Shown piece by piece: positions 9,509 through 19,131 of a DNA stretch of 64,000 bases. Each line of letters begins with the position of its first letter. The stretch's first letter is position 1. The notes beneath the pieces were generated by a model. The model was given only the letters and a program-made list of their open reading frames with translations, was not told the DNA's origin and searched no databases. The stretch comes from Candidatus Aenigmatarchaeota archaeon. GTDB lineage: Archaea > Aenigmatarchaeota > Aenigmatarchaeia > Aenigmatarchaeales > Aenigmatarchaeaceae. Location of the stretch: the NCBI GenBank assembly GCA_046760145.1, contig JBHIDO010000001.1, positions 947 to 64,946 on the forward strand, read 5' to 3'. Position numbers and translations under genes: made by a program.

Positions 9509-10594
9509 CTAACTCTCAACAAACAAAGTCTTAACCTTAGGTGTCAAAGCATACATATAGGCCTTACCACGAGCTTCTCTTTGGACAAATCCTTCTAGCA
9601 TCATCCTTTTCAAAATATTATTAACAGACCTTATTGCATGACCTTTGGATTTATATCCTTTCATTTCTAATTCTTCAACAATAGCTGTTGGTGTTAACCA
9701 GTCTCTTCTAGATAATAAGTCTATTATTTTTCTTTGCTTATAAGGTAAATCTCTTAATTTTTCTTCAGAAGGTGGTTTTGGTGAAAAAGTAACTACTGGT
9801 TCTTCAACTCTCACTTTTTTTTCAGGAATTTCCCTTAGTTCTTCTATATCAAACTCATCAATCATATCCCTTTTATTTTCTAAAGCTCTTGAAACAAGCT
9901 TATCGCATAATTTTATTACTTCTCTTGGAAATCCACCTGTTCTCTGATAAATTTTATCTAGAGCCTGGACTGTGAACGGAACAGTACCTCTTCCACCAAC
10001 ATCAGCTATTCTTTTTTGAATTAAATCTCTTACATCTTCTTGATTTAAAGATATTAGAGATATACGGGTGGTTATTCTTTGATTCAAAGTTTCAATCTCC
10101 TTTAATTTTTCTTCTAGAATAGGCATTCCAGCAATAATTAAACTAACATTATCTATTTGATCAACCAAAACTCTTAACCATTCTAAAACTTCTCTGTTAG
10201 TTTCATGAGCTTCATCTAATAGTAAAATTAATTGGTTTCCTTTTAGTTTTTTATTTACATATGCTGGTAAATTGAAAAGTGAGGGATATTTTCTAAAAAT
10301 TCTTTCCCAGAAACTTAAAGGAAAATTTTCAGTAAAAATATTTATAAAATAATCTGGTTTTTCAGGTGGTTTGCTTATGTATAAAGCATGTTGGTGGGCA
10401 TTCATTCTCAACCATTTTAAAAACGTTGTCTTACCAGAACCAGTATGACCTGTTATTAGAGCTATTTTATGCTTATTTTCTATGTGTTTTAAAGAAGCTC
10501 TTACTTGCTCTTCATAACCAGTAAATAATTTAGGATCAATTTTTAAAGTAAAGGGATTTTCTTTCCACCCCCATTTTTGGTATCCTTCTGCCAT
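9509..10594 (-). CDS. AAA+ ATPase (ExeA/GspA-like N-terminus) with C-terminal winged helix
   Basis: WGWKENPF, Walker A GHTGSGKT, Walker B LLLDEAH, QRI arginine finger and TGGFPREV. C-terminal wHTH (QRKIIDLL...SVNNILKRM...GFVQR..RGKAYMY). Confidence 0.85.
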   Translation of the reverse strand: MAEGYQKWGWKENPFTLKIDPKLFTGYEEQVRASLKHIENKHKIALITGHTGSGKTTFLKWLRMNAHQHALYISKPPEKPDYFINIFTENFPLSFWERIFRKYPSLFNLPAYVNKKLKGNQLILLLDEAHETNREVLEWLRVLVDQIDNVSLIIAGMPILEEKLKEIETLNQRITTRISLISLNQEDVRDLIQKRIADVGGRGTVPFTVQALDKIYQRTGGFPREVIKLCDKLVSRALENKRDMIDEFDIEELREIPEKKVRVEEPVVTFSPKPPSEEKLRDLPYKQRKIIDLLSRRDWLTPTAIVEELEMKGYKSKGHAIRSVNNILKRMMLEGFVQREARGKAYMYALTPKVKTLFVES

Positions 10595-11353
10595 TTACTC
10601 ACCAAAGTTAAAAAGAGAGTATTTTTCTCTTCCCTTAGTATCTTTATAAATAACTTCAATCAAGCGCGTTTTTTCTTCCATTTTAGGAATAAATTCCGAT
10701 GGAATTGGTATCCATCTTAGCTTTTTCCATTTCTTAAACTGAGCTTTTTTCTTCCTTGAAATTAACTTATTCTCACAAAAGAGACGGGTAACCCAACAAT
10801 TTCTACCTGTAACTCTATATTCCCAGCTAGAATCATTACCAGTTTTACCAATAAACCCCACCTTGAAAAAATTCTTAACTGTTTCAAGAATTTTTCTATC
10901 ATCTTGTGCAAGAGAAAACATTGGGTATTTATATTTTCCGGAACTGCATGTAAATGATCCTTCTGCTTCAATAAAACCAATTAACCAGTCAGAAAAATTA
11001 ACTTCTTTATAATTTGCTTCTCTTTTATTGAACGGTATCCGTTTTAATTGTTTCCAATTTTCAAATTGATTAGTTCTCCAGTCTAAAATCAGTCTACCTT
11101 CACAAAAATCTCGAATAGGCCAGCAGTTTCGACCACATACATTGTAAAACCATCCATGTTTTTTATCTGAATAAATAATAGAACCAACGTTGAAAAATTT
11201 CTTTAAAAACAACAAACTCATGATATCTTGTTGAAATACAACAAAGCTAGGATATTTTTTGTTATTTGAACAAAAAGAACCATCACCTTCTATGAAACCA
11301 AGTATCCAATCTGGTGAAACTTGTAAATCTTCTGATTTAAATTTCATAAACAT
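10595..11353 (-). CDS. Free-standing double-motif LAGLIDADG endonuclease-like protein
   Basis: Two motifs, WILGFIEGDGSF and WLIGFIEAEGSF, each followed by Q.D and FF.VG. No intron or intein context seen. Confidence 0.9.
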   Translation of the reverse strand: MFMKFKSEDLQVSPDWILGFIEGDGSFCSNNKKYPSFVVFQQDIMSLLFLKKFFNVGSIIYSDKKHGWFYNVCGRNCWPIRDFCEGRLILDWRTNQFENWKQLKRIPFNKREANYKEVNFSDWLIGFIEAEGSFTCSSGKYKYPMFSLAQDDRKILETVKNFFKVGFIGKTGNDSSWEYRVTGRNCWVTRLFCENKLISRKKKAQFKKWKKLRWIPIPSEFIPKMEEKTRLIEVIYKDTKGREKYSLFNFGE

Positions 11354-11361
11354 AATAAATA

Positions 11362-11650
11362 TTCATGTGAACATCTATTTAAGCTTTTCTCATAAATGTG
11401 TGAAGATGTGAAGAAAATGTGAAGAATTTTTGTGAAGATGTGAATTTTATATGAAGAATGTGTGAAGATGTGAAAATGTTAGACTTTATTTCATATATTC
11501 ACATGAAGATGACATGAAGGTAACGTGAAGATGTGAATATCGTTAGTGTTATAATATGAACTTCATGTGAATATGTTTCGTTTGTGATATTATTGTGTGA
11601 CTTTTATGAGAACTTCATGTGAAGTTTTCGTGAAGCAAATATGAACTTCA
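11362..11650. repeat. Intergenic array of GTGAAGATGTGAA direct repeats and TTCA-NN-TGAA palindromes
   Basis: Exact 13-mer at 11400, 11432, 11462 and 11525. Palindromic 10-mers at 11362, 11498, 11562 and 11614, plus many further TGAA half-sites. Confidence 0.9.
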
Positions 11651-11790
11651 AAAATTCTTAAAAACCTTTCAAAACAGCTATTTTTACGGCAAAAGACGTA
11701 AAGATTTTAAAAATAATTCGTCTATTGTCTACAAATATAATATCTAATAATCTTTATAAGTATATGCTACTAGTATAGTAATAGATACCT

Positions 11791-12093
11791 ATGAAAAAAA
11801 GAAAAATCAAAAGAAACAGAGGAGTTAGAAAGGGTTTTGACCCTAAAAAACTAGCTAAAATATGGAACGTATTAGCAGAAGCAGGAGATTGGTTACATGT
11901 AGCTGATATTTCTAGAAGAACAGGTATTCACGAAGCCACAGTAAGGTGGTATCTAGATCACTATCTTCAAAAGGCTATTGATGAAGAAAGAATCGTACCT
12001 AATATTAGATTAAGACTAGTTAAATTAAAACCTGGTGTTGATCTTAAATCGTATATAAAGGCTCTAAAAATGATTGAAAAGGTTAAAACATAA
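11791..12093 (+). CDS. Winged-helix/HTH DNA-binding protein
   Basis: WLHVADISRRTGIHEATVRWYL HTH with a basic N-terminal arm; divergent from the LAGLIDADG gene across the repeat array. Confidence 0.85.
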   Translation: MKKRKIKRNRGVRKGFDPKKLAKIWNVLAEAGDWLHVADISRRTGIHEATVRWYLDHYLQKAIDEERIVPNIRLRLVKLKPGVDLKSYIKALKMIEKVKT

Positions 12094-12284
12094 TAAGTTA
12101 AGAAAATTATAGTACAATAGATTATGAACGCTATAATAGCAATACATCTAATATAACATATAAAAAGTTTTAAAAAGATTCATATGTATATACATATATA
12201 CAGATATGTGCACACTCATACACACCCTAAATACGACTTACAGCATCATTATTGGAGTTATTGTTGGTTGCGAGGAGTCGAAAA

Positions 12285-12428
12285 ATGGCAATTAAAAAAT
12301 CGATTGAAAGGAGAGAAAGATTAAATGGTAATAGTGTTATTGTTAGTGTACAGAAGAAAGAGATATCTGATAAGGAATTTATAAAAGCTATGAAACCTAT
12401 AATTAAGAAAATGTCTAAAGAAATCTAA
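12285..12428 (+). CDS. Small basic protein (47 aa), not in ORF track
   Basis: MAIKKSIERRERLNGNSVIVSVQKKEISDKEFIKAMKPIIKKMSKEI, with GAGGAG RBS at 12272-12277. Its stop overlaps that of the convergent PIN gene. Confidence 0.5.
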   Translation: MAIKKSIERRERLNGNSVIVSVQKKEISDKEFIKAMKPIIKKMSKEI

Positions 12429-12868
12429 GGTTTTGATATATGTTTGTGTTCTTTTACACCATCATGTAAAAGTTTTTTATCTTTTGTTATAAGTATAAGA
12501 CCTAATTTTTTACATATATCTAAATGAATAACATTATTTACCTTGAACCTAAATCTATTTTTTTTGATCATATTATAAGTATCTTCATCTATGTTTATCT
12601 CTTTTATAGTTTTCATACCTAAATATTTCTCTAAATATTGCCACATTCTATCAATATCAGAAGGAGTTATGTGATCAAAATCAGTTCTAAGCCTTCTTGC
12701 AACTTCACATTTGGTGAGAACAGAACTATAAATCTTGTTTTTGTATGCAGGATTTTTAAAACGCTTTATAATGCGCGGTATCATAAATTTTCTTTTCTTT
12801 TTAAAGCTTTTAGCTATCTCCTTGAAGAAACCATATACTATATTTGTTTCTAAATAAACAGATTTCAT
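12425..12868 (-). CDS. PIN/VapC-like domain protein with variant active site
   Basis: VYLETN, TKCEV, NNVIH and LITKDKKL follow the PIN motif order. Start taken at MKSVYL. Confidence 0.75.
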   Translation of the reverse strand: MKSVYLETNIVYGFFKEIAKSFKKKRKFMIPRIIKRFKNPAYKNKIYSSVLTKCEVARRLRTDFDHITPSDIDRMWQYLEKYLGMKTIKEINIDEDTYNMIKKNRFRFKVNNVIHLDICKKLGLILITKDKKLLHDGVKEHKHISKP

Positions 12869-12974
12869 ATAACCACTTAATAATGAAAAAAATAAACTTA
12901 TAAAAATTTCTATTTTTAAAAAGAAGTTTTTAAAGATAAACGTTAAGTGTCTAAGCTTTCTATAAATAATATTA

Positions 12975-13322
12975 TCACAAGTCAATCCTCTTGGCTATGA
13001 TCTCGATTTGATCCTTATATTCTGAAACTCTTCCCAAAACTGTTATTTCATCACCATTTTCTAATTCATAGGCTTCTTCTATATTTGAATTTTTAAATAC
13101 TACTACCTGAATTTCTCCGGTATTATCAGCCACCTTTAGAAAAACATGACCATCTTTACTAACATAAACAGATGTAACCATTCCAGAGATTCTCTGTAAC
13201 TGTCCTATTTTAACATCTGATATCTTGACTGTTTCTATTGAAGACCTAGTTAAAAAGAATAAAGATACTATTCCTATGATAGCAATAACAATCGATGCTT
13301 TTAATAATTTCTTGCTTTCCAT
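12975..13322 (-). CDS. Membrane-anchored OB-fold protein
   Basis: N-terminal TM helix followed by GHVFLKVADNTGEIQVVVF...GRVSEYKDQIEI. Confidence 0.8.
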   Translation of the reverse strand: MESKKLLKASIVIAIIGIVSLFFLTRSSIETVKISDVKIGQLQRISGMVTSVYVSKDGHVFLKVADNTGEIQVVVFKNSNIEEAYELENGDEITVLGRVSEYKDQIEIIAKRIDL

Positions 13323-13406
13323 GATTTTTATTGAAATTTAAAAAGAATATTGATTTTTTACTTAATAGAGTAGTAAATTTAAAAGTTTCCATATTAATCT
13401 TAAAAT

Positions 13407-13856
13407 ATGGGTTTATATTCAAAACTTCAAAGACATTTTCCTGAAGAATTGGAAAAACTAGTGCCAGAAGAAATAAAATATTTGGAAGACGAACCATTTA
13501 TGACAGAAAGCTGTGGTGCTTGCTCTCATCTTCGTTGGGGTAGCTGGACAAAAGCATTTGGAGGAGATCTTGTAGAAGATAGAGAATATGGTGAAATACC
13601 ATGTTGTTCAGAAGGAAATGAAATATGGGAAATGAGTGAAGCTCCAGATGCGGTTCCTTTAACACCTGAAGATGCTCTTGAGTGGTATGTTATAAAAAGC
13701 GAATCAAGAAACAGTGTTTGTAAAAGATATGATGGTTCAATACCTTATACTAAAAAAGAAATTGAAGATTTTATTAAGAAAAGGAATGAAATAATAAAAA
13801 AGGTTACTGGTTTTGATAGTTTGAGCAAACTTGAAGAATATCTTGAATCAAGTTAA
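13407..13856 (+). CDS. Hypothetical acidic Cys-containing protein
   Basis: 149-aa ORF with CGACSH...CC...C; no family recognised. Confidence 0.6.
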   Translation: MGLYSKLQRHFPEELEKLVPEEIKYLEDEPFMTESCGACSHLRWGSWTKAFGGDLVEDREYGEIPCCSEGNEIWEMSEAPDAVPLTPEDALEWYVIKSESRNSVCKRYDGSIPYTKKEIEDFIKKRNEIIKKVTGFDSLSKLEEYLESS

Positions 13857-14387
13857 TTTCGAAGAAAATATCTCTTTATAAACTGGTCCCCTCCTAGTCA
13901 AAACAGATTGAATCAAATCAATTTTATTAACTTCCATTTCACCAATTTCTGGATTCAAGAATTCTATTATTTTTACTAGTTCTTCTCTGTTTCTTCCAGA
14001 TCTAACTCTTCCTAATGTTAAATGCGGAACAAACCTATCTTTTTTAAATCCTAAATTTTCTAAGGAATTATTTAATTCACTAGCAATAGCTTCTAACATT
14101 TTCCCATCTTCAACTCCTAACCATACAACTCTTATATAAGATTTACTTGGAAAAACTCCTATTCCCTTTATATTTATTTTAAATTTTTCAAATTTTTCAG
14201 CTGTTTCTTGAATTATTTCTTTGATTTTATCTATTTTTTCATCAGAAACCTCTCCTAAAAATTTTAAACAGAAATGCAAATTATCTTTTTCAACAAATTT
14301 TATGTCAAAATCTTTGAATTTTTCTTGAATTTTTATTATTTTTCTTTTTAAATCATCAGAAATTTCTATTGAAATGAATAATCTCAT
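13848..14387 (-). CDS. thpR: RNA 2',3'-cyclic phosphodiesterase (2H family)
   Basis: MRLFISI, two 2H motifs (HFCL, HLTL), RVVWLG and GPVY. Confidence 0.92.
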   Translation of the reverse strand: MRLFISIEISDDLKRKIIKIQEKFKDFDIKFVEKDNLHFCLKFLGEVSDEKIDKIKEIIQETAEKFEKFKINIKGIGVFPSKSYIRVVWLGVEDGKMLEAIASELNNSLENLGFKKDRFVPHLTLGRVRSGRNREELVKIIEFLNPEIGEMEVNKIDLIQSVLTRRGPVYKEIFSSKLT

Positions 14388-14493
14388 AAAAAAGCTTTTA
14401 TGTAAAATGGTATTTAAAACTTCTTTTGTAAAATATAAATTTTTATAAGTCTTATTGTGTATATAAGTATCTGCGCTTTTTTGGAGTGATATT

Positions 14494-16632
14494 ATGTTTA
14501 CTAAAATTCGTAAGAGAGATGGGAGGATAGTTGATTTTCAACCAGAAAAAATTACAAATGCTATTTTTAAAGCAGCTGTTGCTGTTGGTGGTTCTGATAG
14601 AGAACTAGCAGAAAAATTGTCAAAAAAGGTTGTTGAAATAGCAGAAAGCAGATTTAAAGATAAAACACCAAATGTAGAAGATATACAAGATATTGTTGAA
14701 GAAGTTTTAATTAAATCTGGTCATGATAGAACTGCTAAAGCTTATATATTATATAGACAAGAAAGGAAAAATATCAGAGATGCTAAAGCTGTTTTCTATG
14801 GTGTAACAGATGATTTGAAATTATCATTAAACGCAATAAAAGTTTTAGAAAAAAGATATTTAATGAAAGATGAAAATGGTAAAGTGATAGAAACTCCAAA
14901 ACAATTATTTAGAAGAGTTGCAAAAGCAATTGCATCTGCAGACTTGTTATATGATCAGAATGCTGATGTTAAAAAAACTGAAAGAGATTTCTATAATATG
15001 ATGGCAAATTTAGAATTCTTGCCAAATTCTCCTACATTAATGAATGCTGGAACAGAATTAGGACAATTATCTGCTTGTTTTGTTTTGCCAGTAGGAGATT
15101 CAATGGAAGAGATATTTGAATCAATAAAACACACCGCACTAATTCATAAATCTGGTGGTGGAACAGGTTTTAGTTTTTCAAGATTAAGACCAAAAGGAGA
15201 TATAGTTAAGACAACTGGAGGAATTGCGTCTGGTCCTTTGACGTTTATGAGTGTTTTTAATTCTGCAACCGAAGCTGTTAAACAGGGTGGTAGAAGAAGG
15301 GGAGCAAACATGGGAATGTTAAGAGTTGATCATCCTGATATTCTTGATTTTATAATTGCAAAGGAAAAGGAAGGAATTTTCAATAATTTCAATTTATCGG
15401 TTGCATTAACAGAAGACTTTATGAAAGCTGTTGAAAATAATAAAGAATACAAATTAATTAACCCCAGAACAGAAGAGATTGTAAAGGAAATTAATGCAAA
15501 AACTGTTTTTGATATGATTGTTGCAATGGCTTGGAAAAACGGAGAACCGGGGATAGTGTTTCTTGATAGGATTAACAAAGATAATCCAACCCCCCATTTA
15601 GGAGAAATTGAATCAACAAACCCCTGCGGCGAACAACCATTATTACCATATGAATCCTGCAATTTGGGGTCAATTAATCTAGCAAAAATGGTTGAATATG
15701 GGGAAATTGACTGGTACAAATTAAGAGGAATTGTTCATAATGCGGTCCATTTTCTTGATAATGTTATTGACCTTAACAAATACCCCATTGACGAAATTGA
15801 GGAAATGACAAAAATTAACAGAAAGATTGGTTTGGGTGTTATGGGGTTTGCAGACATGCTAATTCAATTAGGAATTCCTTATAATTCTGATGAAGCTGTT
15901 GTATTAGCTGAAAAAATAATGCAATTTATTTATGTTGAAGCAAGGAAAAAGTCAGAAGAACTAGGAAAACAAAGAGGATCTTTCCCTGCATTTGAAAAAA
16001 GTAAATTAAACAACGGAAATTATGAAGCAATGAGAAACGCAACTGTTACAACAGTAGCACCCACCGGATCAATAAGTATAATAGCTGGTTGCTCTTCAGG
16101 AATAGAACCATTGTTTGCAATAAGTTTTGTTAGAAATGTGATGGAAGGAACAGATTTACTAGAAATAAATCCAATCTTTGAAGCATTAGCAAGAAAAGAA
16201 GGGTTTTATTCACATGAATTAATGAGAGAAATTGCAAAAGGGGGTAGTTTAAAAGATTTAGAAATACCAGAAATAATTAAAAAAGTTTTTGTAACTGCTC
16301 ATGATATTTCACCGGAATGGCATATAAAAATACAAGCAGCTTTTCAGAAATATACTGACAATGCTGTTTCTAAAACAATTAATTTCCCACAAAATGCAAC
16401 TCCAGATGACATTGCAAATGCCTATTGGTTAGCTTATCAACTTGGTTGTAAAGGATTAACGGTTTATAGAGATAAGAGTAGGGAAACACAAGTCCTTAAT
16501 ATAATGGAAGAAGAGAAAAGGAAAATAATAATTCCAGAAAAACAAAATCCTAAATCAGTAAAAATTCCTAAAAAAGTAAAAGTAAAAGCTGATTCAGATT
16601 ATTCTGGTGGTTGTAGTAATTGTAAGGTTTAG
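14494..16632 (+). CDS. nrdJ: Class II (adenosylcobalamin-dependent) ribonucleotide reductase with ATP cone
   Basis: KRDG ATP cone, [32 protein letters not shown] and C-terminal CSNC. Confidence 0.95.
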   Translation: MFTKIRKRDGRIVDFQPEKITNAIFKAAVAVGGSDRELAEKLSKKVVEIAESRFKDKTPNVEDIQDIVEEVLIKSGHDRTAKAYILYRQERKNIRDAKAVFYGVTDDLKLSLNAIKVLEKRYLMKDENGKVIETPKQLFRRVAKAIASADLLYDQNADVKKTERDFYNMMANLEFLPNSPTLMNAGTELGQLSACFVLPVGDSMEEIFESIKHTALIHKSGGGTGFSFSRLRPKGDIVKTTGGIASGPLTFMSVFNSATEAVKQGGRRRGANMGMLRVDHPDILDFIIAKEKEGIFNNFNLSVALTEDFMKAVENNKEYKLINPRTEEIVKEINAKTVFDMIVAMAWKNGEPGIVFLDRINKDNPTPHLGEIESTNPCGEQPLLPYESCNLGSINLAKMVEYGEIDWYKLRGIVHNAVHFLDNVIDLNKYPIDEIEEMTKINRKIGLGVMGFADMLIQLGIPYNSDEAVVLAEKIMQFIYVEARKKSEELGKQRGSFPAFEKSKLNNGNYEAMRNATVTTVAPTGSISIIAGCSSGIEPLFAISFVRNVMEGTDLLEINPIFEALARKEGFYSHELMREIAKGGSLKDLEIPEIIKKVFVTAHDISPEWHIKIQAAFQKYTDNAVSKTINFPQNATPDDIANAYWLAYQLGCKGLTVYRDKSRETQVLNIMEEEKRKIIIPEKQNPKSVKIPKKVKVKADSDYSGGCSNCKV

Positions 16633-16862
16633 AATTTCGGACTATAATGTGTTTTAGTTTTCTTAATACCATTTATTGTTCTTATTTTATTGAAAATTAA
16701 ATCAATAAGATGTTCATAATTTCTTACTTCTACCATAAGAATTGCATCATCTGTTCCAAATAAAGCGTATGATTCTTTAATTTCTTCATATCTTCTTAGA
16801 GACCCTACTATTTCTTTGTAAGGTTTATTCAACTTCAAGAAAATAATTGCTCTATCATCCAT
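16629..16862 (-). CDS. Lrp/AsnC ligand-binding (RAM) domain protein
   Basis: 77 aa; [13 protein letters not shown]...[13 protein letters not shown]. Confidence 0.85.
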   Translation of the reverse strand: MDDRAIIFLKLNKPYKEIVGSLRRYEEIKESYALFGTDDAILMVEVRNYEHLIDLIFNKIRTINGIKKTKTHYSPKF

Positions 16863-16885
16863 ATTTATTAATTGAACAAGAAAAT

Positions 16886-17839
16886 TTAAATTATTAATTT
16901 TCCATTTTTCATAATTAATTTCTTACCAAACCAGATTGTAGGTTTTTTAATAATTCCGTCTAAATGAACATTACTCTTATTTTTTCCACCAAGAGATTTA
17001 TTATCCCCAAATGCAACATGACATGTCCCCATAACCTTTTCATCTAATAAAACATTTCCAATAATCTTAGCTTTTGAATTTAATCCAATAGAAAATTCAG
17101 CTATTGTAGTTGAATTTTTATCAGATTTTTTAAAAATATTTTTTAATTTATTTGCATTTTTTCCAAATATATTAATTATTTTTCCATTTTCCACATCAAT
17201 TATTAACGGGGATTTTAAAACCCCTACTCCAACCATTGCACCATCTATTACTAGTCTACCGTTTGATCCGTTTTCTAGTGGTGCTATCCCACATTCCCCT
17301 GCCGGTAAATTATGCAAACTTCCAATATGATCCATTATCCCGTCATCTGACTGTGGTTCTCTTTTATCATATTTTATTTTGATATTTGTTCCATTTTTTG
17401 TTTTAATTTTAATAATAGAATATCTTTTATAATATTTTGATAATTTATTACAGATTTTTTGTAATTTTTTATAATTAATATTTAATGCTGGTATCATTTT
17501 TCTTGTTATATCTGGCATTGTTGCAATTCTTGCATTTTTTCTAGCTTTTCTAATAGCTTTTGTATGAGTTAGAGAAATTGTTGTAATACCTAAAATAATA
17601 TCATATTTTTTCATTAATCTTATTACATTTTGTGGTGGTTCTCTTCTAGTTTGTTTAGCTACCTTTATTTTAACTAATTTGATATTATCAGAAATCTTCT
17701 TACATTCATTATAAAACAATTTTGCAATTTCTTCTTTATTTTTATCATATATTATTAAAACTTTTTCTTTGGGTTTTAATAAAATTGCATTTTTTACTGC
17801 ATTTTCAATTGCTTTCATTAATATCACATTGTAGGACAT
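16886..17839 (-). CDS. M29-like aminopeptidase
   Basis: NLPAGE, IAEFSIG, DEK..GTCHVAFG and HLD motifs. Confidence 0.88.
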   Translation of the reverse strand: MSYNVILMKAIENAVKNAILLKPKEKVLIIYDKNKEEIAKLFYNECKKISDNIKLVKIKVAKQTRREPPQNVIRLMKKYDIILGITTISLTHTKAIRKARKNARIATMPDITRKMIPALNINYKKLQKICNKLSKYYKRYSIIKIKTKNGTNIKIKYDKREPQSDDGIMDHIGSLHNLPAGECGIAPLENGSNGRLVIDGAMVGVGVLKSPLIIDVENGKIINIFGKNANKLKNIFKKSDKNSTTIAEFSIGLNSKAKIIGNVLLDEKVMGTCHVAFGDNKSLGGKNKSNVHLDGIIKKPTIWFGKKLIMKNGKLII

Positions 17840-19131
17840 GTTATATTAACATTTTTCACCAAAACAAATGGTGTAAGAACTGGAGTTTCAACTTCCCACC
17901 ACTGAATCCATTCTGGTTTATTAGAAATAGCTATGATGTTTTTTAAAATTCTTTCTAAGTTATCTGTAATTCTAATTCCTTTCAGGGATTTGGTTATATT
18001 CCCGTTTTTTATTAAAAAAATTCCATCTCTGGGAATTGTTGAAAAATCTCCTGTTCTGTAATTTTGAAATCTTGTATACCAAACATTTGTTATATATAGC
18101 CCTTCTTTAACCTTTTTAAATAATTTTTCTTTTGAAAATTTTCCAGGTTTTAAAATTATATTTGTTGGTATTGGAGCAATTAAACCAGCATTTCCTGTTG
18201 ACTTTGTTTTATATTTCTTTGCAGTAGACGTATTATGTAAATAGGTTTTTAAAATTCCTTTATTAATAATATTTGTTTTTTGGGTTGGATAACCTTCTGC
18301 ATCAAACATAGAAGAATGAAAACCTCCTTCTATACTTCCATTATCTGCTAAGTTAACTATTTTACTCCCTACTTCTTTTCCTAGTTTTTCTGCTAGAAAT
18401 GAAAATCCAGCATCAACTGCAAAAGCTGATGAAAATCTTCCAACAAGATTTAATAAATTAGCAATTGGCAATGAATCAAATATTACATCAAATTTACCCT
18501 TTCTACCTTTTTTGGGTTTTTTTGCTAATTTAGATATTAAACCCGCTTTTTCTCCTGCTTTTTCAGGATTAAAATTATTCAAGGTTCTAGCACAAGAAAC
18601 AGCATGACCAGATTCATCTTTTTCATTAAAAGCTCTTATGTAAATTTGGATGGTTGTAGATTTTTCTGATGCAGAAACATTTGAAGATGTTTCTAAATTA
18701 TTTTCAAATGAAGTTGTATAAAGGGTTCCTGCTGTTTTTTTACTATTTTGTAAAGCAGAATTAATTGCTGTTTGAACTTTATCTAAAATGTTTTCAGATA
18801 TATTTTCTATTTTTTTATCATAAAGATTTGGAATTTTTTTATATTTGAATGGGCCTTGTGCAATTCCAAAATAATCTGAACTTGGTTTTGTGGCCTTTGC
18901 ATATTTAATTAATTTTTTAATTGTTTCATTAACTGATTTTTCAGACAAATCATCTATTGTGGTTTGTACAACTCTACCTTTCCATGTTAAGAAAATATTT
19001 GACCTTAAAACATTCCAATTTTGTATAGCTGTTATGGAATTGTTTGCAAATTTTACTTGATTAGCTTTTCCTTTGGTGGTTTGAACTATTACATCATCTG
19101 CTCCTATTTTTAATGCTTTTTTAATTATCAT
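17824..19131 (-). CDS. TldD/PmbA family protein (PmbA/TldE-like)
   Basis: FDAEG, STGNAG and GDFS motifs, no HExxH. Start at 19131 forms an ATGA overlap with tldD. Confidence 0.88.
   Translation of the reverse strand: MIIKKALKIGADDVIVQTTKGKANQVKFANNSITAIQNWNVLRSNIFLTWKGRVVQTTIDDLSEKSVNETIKKLIKYAKATKPSSDYFGIAQGPFKYKKIPNLYDKKIENISENILDKVQTAINSALQNSKKTAGTLYTTSFENNLETSSNVSASEKSTTIQIYIRAFNEKDESGHAVSCARTLNNFNPEKAGEKAGLISKLAKKPKKGRKGKFDVIFDSLPIANLLNLVGRFSSAFAVDAGFSFLAEKLGKEVGSKIVNLADNGSIEGGFHSSMFDAEGYPTQKTNIINKGILKTYLHNTSTAKKYKTKSTGNAGLIAPIPTNIILKPGKFSKEKLFKKVKEGLYITNVWYTRFQNYRTGDFSTIPRDGIFLIKNGNITKSLKGIRITDNLERILKNIIAISNKPEWIQWWEVETPVLTPFVLVKNVNITCPTM

Noticed and set aside
9509..10594. Type II secretion ExeA or transposon TnsC function
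   Set aside because: No secretion, pilin or transposase genes are adjacent, and the protein has a C-terminal winged helix instead of a membrane anchor.
10595..11353. Intein or rRNA/tRNA intron-encoded endonuclease
   Set aside because: It has its own start and stop, no Cys/Ser...His-Asn splice ends, and no RNA gene flanks.
11362..11650. CRISPR array
   Set aside because: Repeats are 13 bp or shorter and irregular, the gaps contain the same motif rather than unique spacers, and no cas genes are in the window.
12184..12324. His/Tyr-rich 46-aa ORF (MYIHIYRYVHTHTHP...)
   Set aside because: It arises from low-complexity TA/CA alternation, lacks an RBS, and overlaps the better-supported ORF at 12285.
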